Assembly (NCBI GenBank): GCA_010015585.1
Contig: ML975150.1
Strand: one strand, 5' to 3'
DNA length: 64,000 nucleotides
Source: Eremomyces bilateralis CBS 781.70
Lineage: Eukaryota
This document shows positions 61,802 to 64,000 of the stretch, one piece after another; position 1 is the stretch's first letter; the number at the start of each line of letters is the position of its first letter. A program made the translations under genes and the position numbers. Under the pieces are notes generated by a model, which was given only the letters and a program-made list of their open reading frames with translations, was not told the DNA's origin and did no database searches.

Positions 61802-64000
61802 GAATCATCGAGGAGTCATTGAGCAAATCCGCTATACCTGGCCGGCGTCATTGAAGCCTACCGTGCATCGTGGGGCGTTTTGGTGCAGTGATAAGAGGCC
61901 AACTTATGTACCGTATAGACGGGATCTACGATTTCCGAATTCCATTTGCGCAGTCTTTGGACATCCTTCTCTGGATTGTTATTCAGTCTTTCGCTTTAAC
62001 TGTGGTCATTCCCCAATCGATTGCTCTGGAGAGTTCTCACATCAATGTCTCCCTCTCAGCCTCAAGAATGAAGCCAATCCGTGTAGCCTACTGAGTACTG
62101 TCAACTCTCAACACAACCCAAGTCGATCACGCCTAGGATAATATTAATAACCCGAACATTGTTGAGAGACTTGCTGCGCACTGCATGAGGTTGGGTGGAT
62201 CCTCAGCAAAAAGATTCAACCGCGCTCTGACTAACTAACAATCAAATCATTCGCAATTGCGAACACTCCAACAGAACAAAGCACAATTAAGGAATATTTG
62301 ACGCCACCGACAGATCCACTCTGGTTCGACCGTTCGAGTGTTCTGACTACGACTTCTATCCGCATGTGAAAGGTGTCGAATACTGGGTCCAACTTGATAT
62401 CTTCGCCAATTGTCCAAGTATCTCTACCCAGACCTGCCTCCAAGCCCCAAGGCATCTAGGCCTTGCCACCACTGAGTCCATGTTCCATCACGACATCAGT
62501 CGATAATCAGGCCAAGCACCAAATCCAAAATGTTGAATGCCCGTGCTGCCTTGACAGCGGCCCACTATCCTTCCCGGTTGGTATCAACCTCCGTTAATCC
62601 ATCCTCCGAGCCAATCCAGCCACTGCGTGAATCCGATTCTGGCAGCTCGCTAAGCCGAAGCATGTACGCAGAACTATAGTAAGTGCATGGACGGAATCCA
62701 TCGAACAGCAACAGGAATAGTATTACCTAGTCAATCATGCATTCGGCGAGAACCCTTTGCTTCATGTATCACATGTCGATCCCAACCTACCGGTTCGAGG
62801 ATTTTCGTCCAAACCATCAGGCGAATTAATTAGTCGCTTCTGCACGTCATCGCGTAGGCGGGTCCAAACCCGATGCTTCATAACCGCGACGTGAAATCTC
62901 CACCAGCGCCAATGCCTCGCGCCTGGAGGGTCGCCGTTCCGCGGTATGTCGGCGCCGCTCAATGGGATGTCCGTCGACACCGAATTTACTGATATCCAAC
63001 CCTCCGCAGCCCATCCTCGATCGTCGTCCGGGATCCCCAATGCGATGCGACGTGCCATTCTCACGGCACTATCCCGTCCAGCACCGACGGTGTCAGGGAA
63101 GCTTCCCGATGATGGCACGACACGACCACTGTGGGATTGTGCAATCTACCACCCGCGGGCATTTGTTGGAGTGCCGTTACTCTCAATCCTGACGCCCAGG
63201 GCTGGAGAGTGCAGGAATCCGAGCCGTATCGCGCTTGGCGAAGCGGGGACGAGGCGACAGGAGGGAGCCGGTGGCTCCGAGGGTCAGATTGAGCGAGTAG
63301 GAGCCTAAGAGGGCGGAACATGGAGGGATTCCGACCGGGTGGTTGTGTCACGGTATTAAGTGAACCACTTAGGGGCTGGTCGGGGAGGGTCGACACTCGA
63401 CACGATGGCAGCCGTTGAGCGAGGCGTTTGACGCAGATTGTTTGCATCACCGTACTTATGATGCAGCCAATTGATGGGACGGTGATACAGTGAGGATGGG
63501 AGGACAGGCGCGGGGTATCAACGGTTCTCAGACACGCTGTGGGCGTATTGTTGCGTCCTAGCTGCTTGCGTGATTCGTCCTTTACACTCTACACCGTACG
63601 ACAAGTCCTGCCATTCTCTAGAGGCGAAACTTTACTCGAACGGAACATGAAACCCTGATATCAGTGGTTGATGGAACCGGATGCGCTCCCTACCGCCTAT
63701 CCGTAAGCAGAATCCAACAAGGAAGCTTATCGGAGCAATTGGACGCAGGAGAGGCAGCCCGGGCGATTGCAGATCGAGTGGTTCCCTTACGCATCAAGGC
63801 AGTCTGCACACTCGTTACACGTACGACGGTCGGAAATGGGAGGGATAGTGATAAACGATTGATGGAGGGGAGTGGATGAGGATGGAGGATGGAGGAGGAC
63901 CACCTTTATGTCACAAGGGATGTTCAGGGAGGGGAGCAGGGCTGAACCAGCAATTCAGAATCCACCGTAGAAAATCGATCTTCACATGTGAAAAAGGACG

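Noticed and set aside
1..64000. tRNA, rRNA, transposase or Starship recombinase genes
   Set aside because: No convincing cloverleaf, rDNA, DDE/RT or tyrosine recombinase motifs seen by eye

Overview
Gene-dense chromosomal DNA from a filamentous ascomycete (Pezizomycotina-like: short GT-AG introns with CTRAC branch points; species not determined). Conserved genes: a flavoprotein disulfide reductase, SOF1, a 2.3k-aa coiled-coil protein, a MOSC protein, a RED-like splicing factor, a U1 snRNA gene, a pseudo-patatin, RPA135, ARL8, an RCR-family membrane protein, malic enzyme, a DUF4449/BPI-like protein, DNMT5 (C5 methyltransferase-SNF2-RING fusion), stomatin, RPL27 and RPN6. Two lineage-specific or decayed islands lie at about 17.6-22 kb and 43-47.5 kb. 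The most notable unannotated signals are four. (1) A non-coding array of five hairpin repeats just 3' of DNMT5, whose copies differ mainly at CpG sites. (2) A U2-type AT-AC intron required to complete stomatin. (3) A long fold-back inside the oversized intron of the RED-like gene, which is divergent from U1 snRNA. (4) A 951-nt first intron in DNMT5. All calls were made by eye from motifs; no searches or folding programs were run.
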